Source: Utricularia gibba
Taxonomy: Eukaryota > Plantae > Magnoliophyta
Length of the DNA stretch: 64,000 nt
Direction of reading: 5' to 3'
NCBI GenBank assembly: GCA_002189035.1
Contig: NEEC01000014.1
Location: 1,426,001-1,490,000, forward strand
Below the pieces are notes generated by a model. It saw nothing but the letters and a program-made list of their open reading frames with translations, had not been told where the DNA came from and ran no database searches. Every line of letters begins with the position of its first letter. Position 1 is the first letter of the stretch. The translations under genes and the position numbers were made by a program. Of the stretch, positions 63,733 through 64,000 are shown piece by piece.

Positions 63733-63999
63733 TCACCTTGTCCACTGATTTTGACACCTTGACAACACTGAAGAAGGGGTCGAAAACTGACTCGAAGCTT
63801 GCAGCATAAAACCACAGAGATACTCACACCAGCAGACAGGCATGGGAACACTGTCATCGTGACTTGACATCATAATTAAATCTGGTCTGAATCCATGCTC
63901 TGAATTGGATATCATGGTTGAAGGTTCACTTACGTGGAGGCTTATATTAACTACTCCTTCTGGAGAGCCTCCCGTTGTATTGTTGGGTGATGAGAAAAT
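63733..63999 (-). CDS. Possible exon or 3' part of an unidentified convergent gene entering from the window edge
   Basis: Frame open from 63999 to 63733 (IFSSPNNTTGGSPEGVVNISLHVSEPSTMISNSEHGFRPDL...) with a possible donor CTG|GTGTGAG near 63831. No motif recognised. Confidence 0.25.
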   Translation of the reverse strand: MFSSPNNTTGGSPEGVVNISLHVSEPSTMISNSEHGFRPDLIMMSSHDDSVPMPVCWCEYLCGFMLQASSQFSTPSSVLSRCQNQWTR

Positions 64000-64000
64000 T

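Noticed and set aside
1-64000. rRNA, tRNA, CRISPR arrays, organellar insertions and miRNA hairpins
   Set aside because: None recognised; a covariance-model and folding scan would be needed to exclude small RNAs formally.

Overview
Gene-dense eudicot nuclear DNA with about 20 genes in 64 kb, short introns and AT-rich spacers. No rRNA, tRNA, CRISPR array or intact transposon is visible. Gene order: RLCK-VII kinase (5'-truncated), SGPP-like HAD phosphatase, PLL1 PP2C, TOM2A, an unknown broken ORF, GMD, PRS, NPF transporter, a partial tandem duplicate (PRS 3' end plus NPF 3' half), PLATZ, SAD2 importin-beta, RALF-like peptide, a degenerate HPM1/METTL18-like methyltransferase, HSFA5, GIF, ALMT, PPOX2, a conserved unknown TM protein, APF2-like aspartic protease, cytochrome b561/DOMON, a MIKC MADS gene, PPR and ISPD. 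Top observation: the MADS gene has canonical 185/55/62/100-nt MIKC exons, then a 42-nt exon 5 whose donor reads CTAAGT instead of GTAAGT. The frame therefore runs on into an open retroelement-type RNase H-like domain with its catalytic residues altered, predicting a 358-aa MADS-RNase H fusion. Second: the NPF duplicate has a deletion junction with templated filler DNA that creates a new in-frame ATG, giving a possible half-size transporter gene. Also seen: a probable CUG start in PLATZ, a U12-type intron in TOM2A, a GC-AG intron in PRS, a W-box cluster and loss of the first Glu of the NPF ExxER motif. Caution: six conserved genes carry frameshifts that all fall in short G/C runs, which points to homopolymer errors in the assembly rather than real gene loss. 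All homology calls and Arabidopsis locus numbers are from memory, not from database searches.
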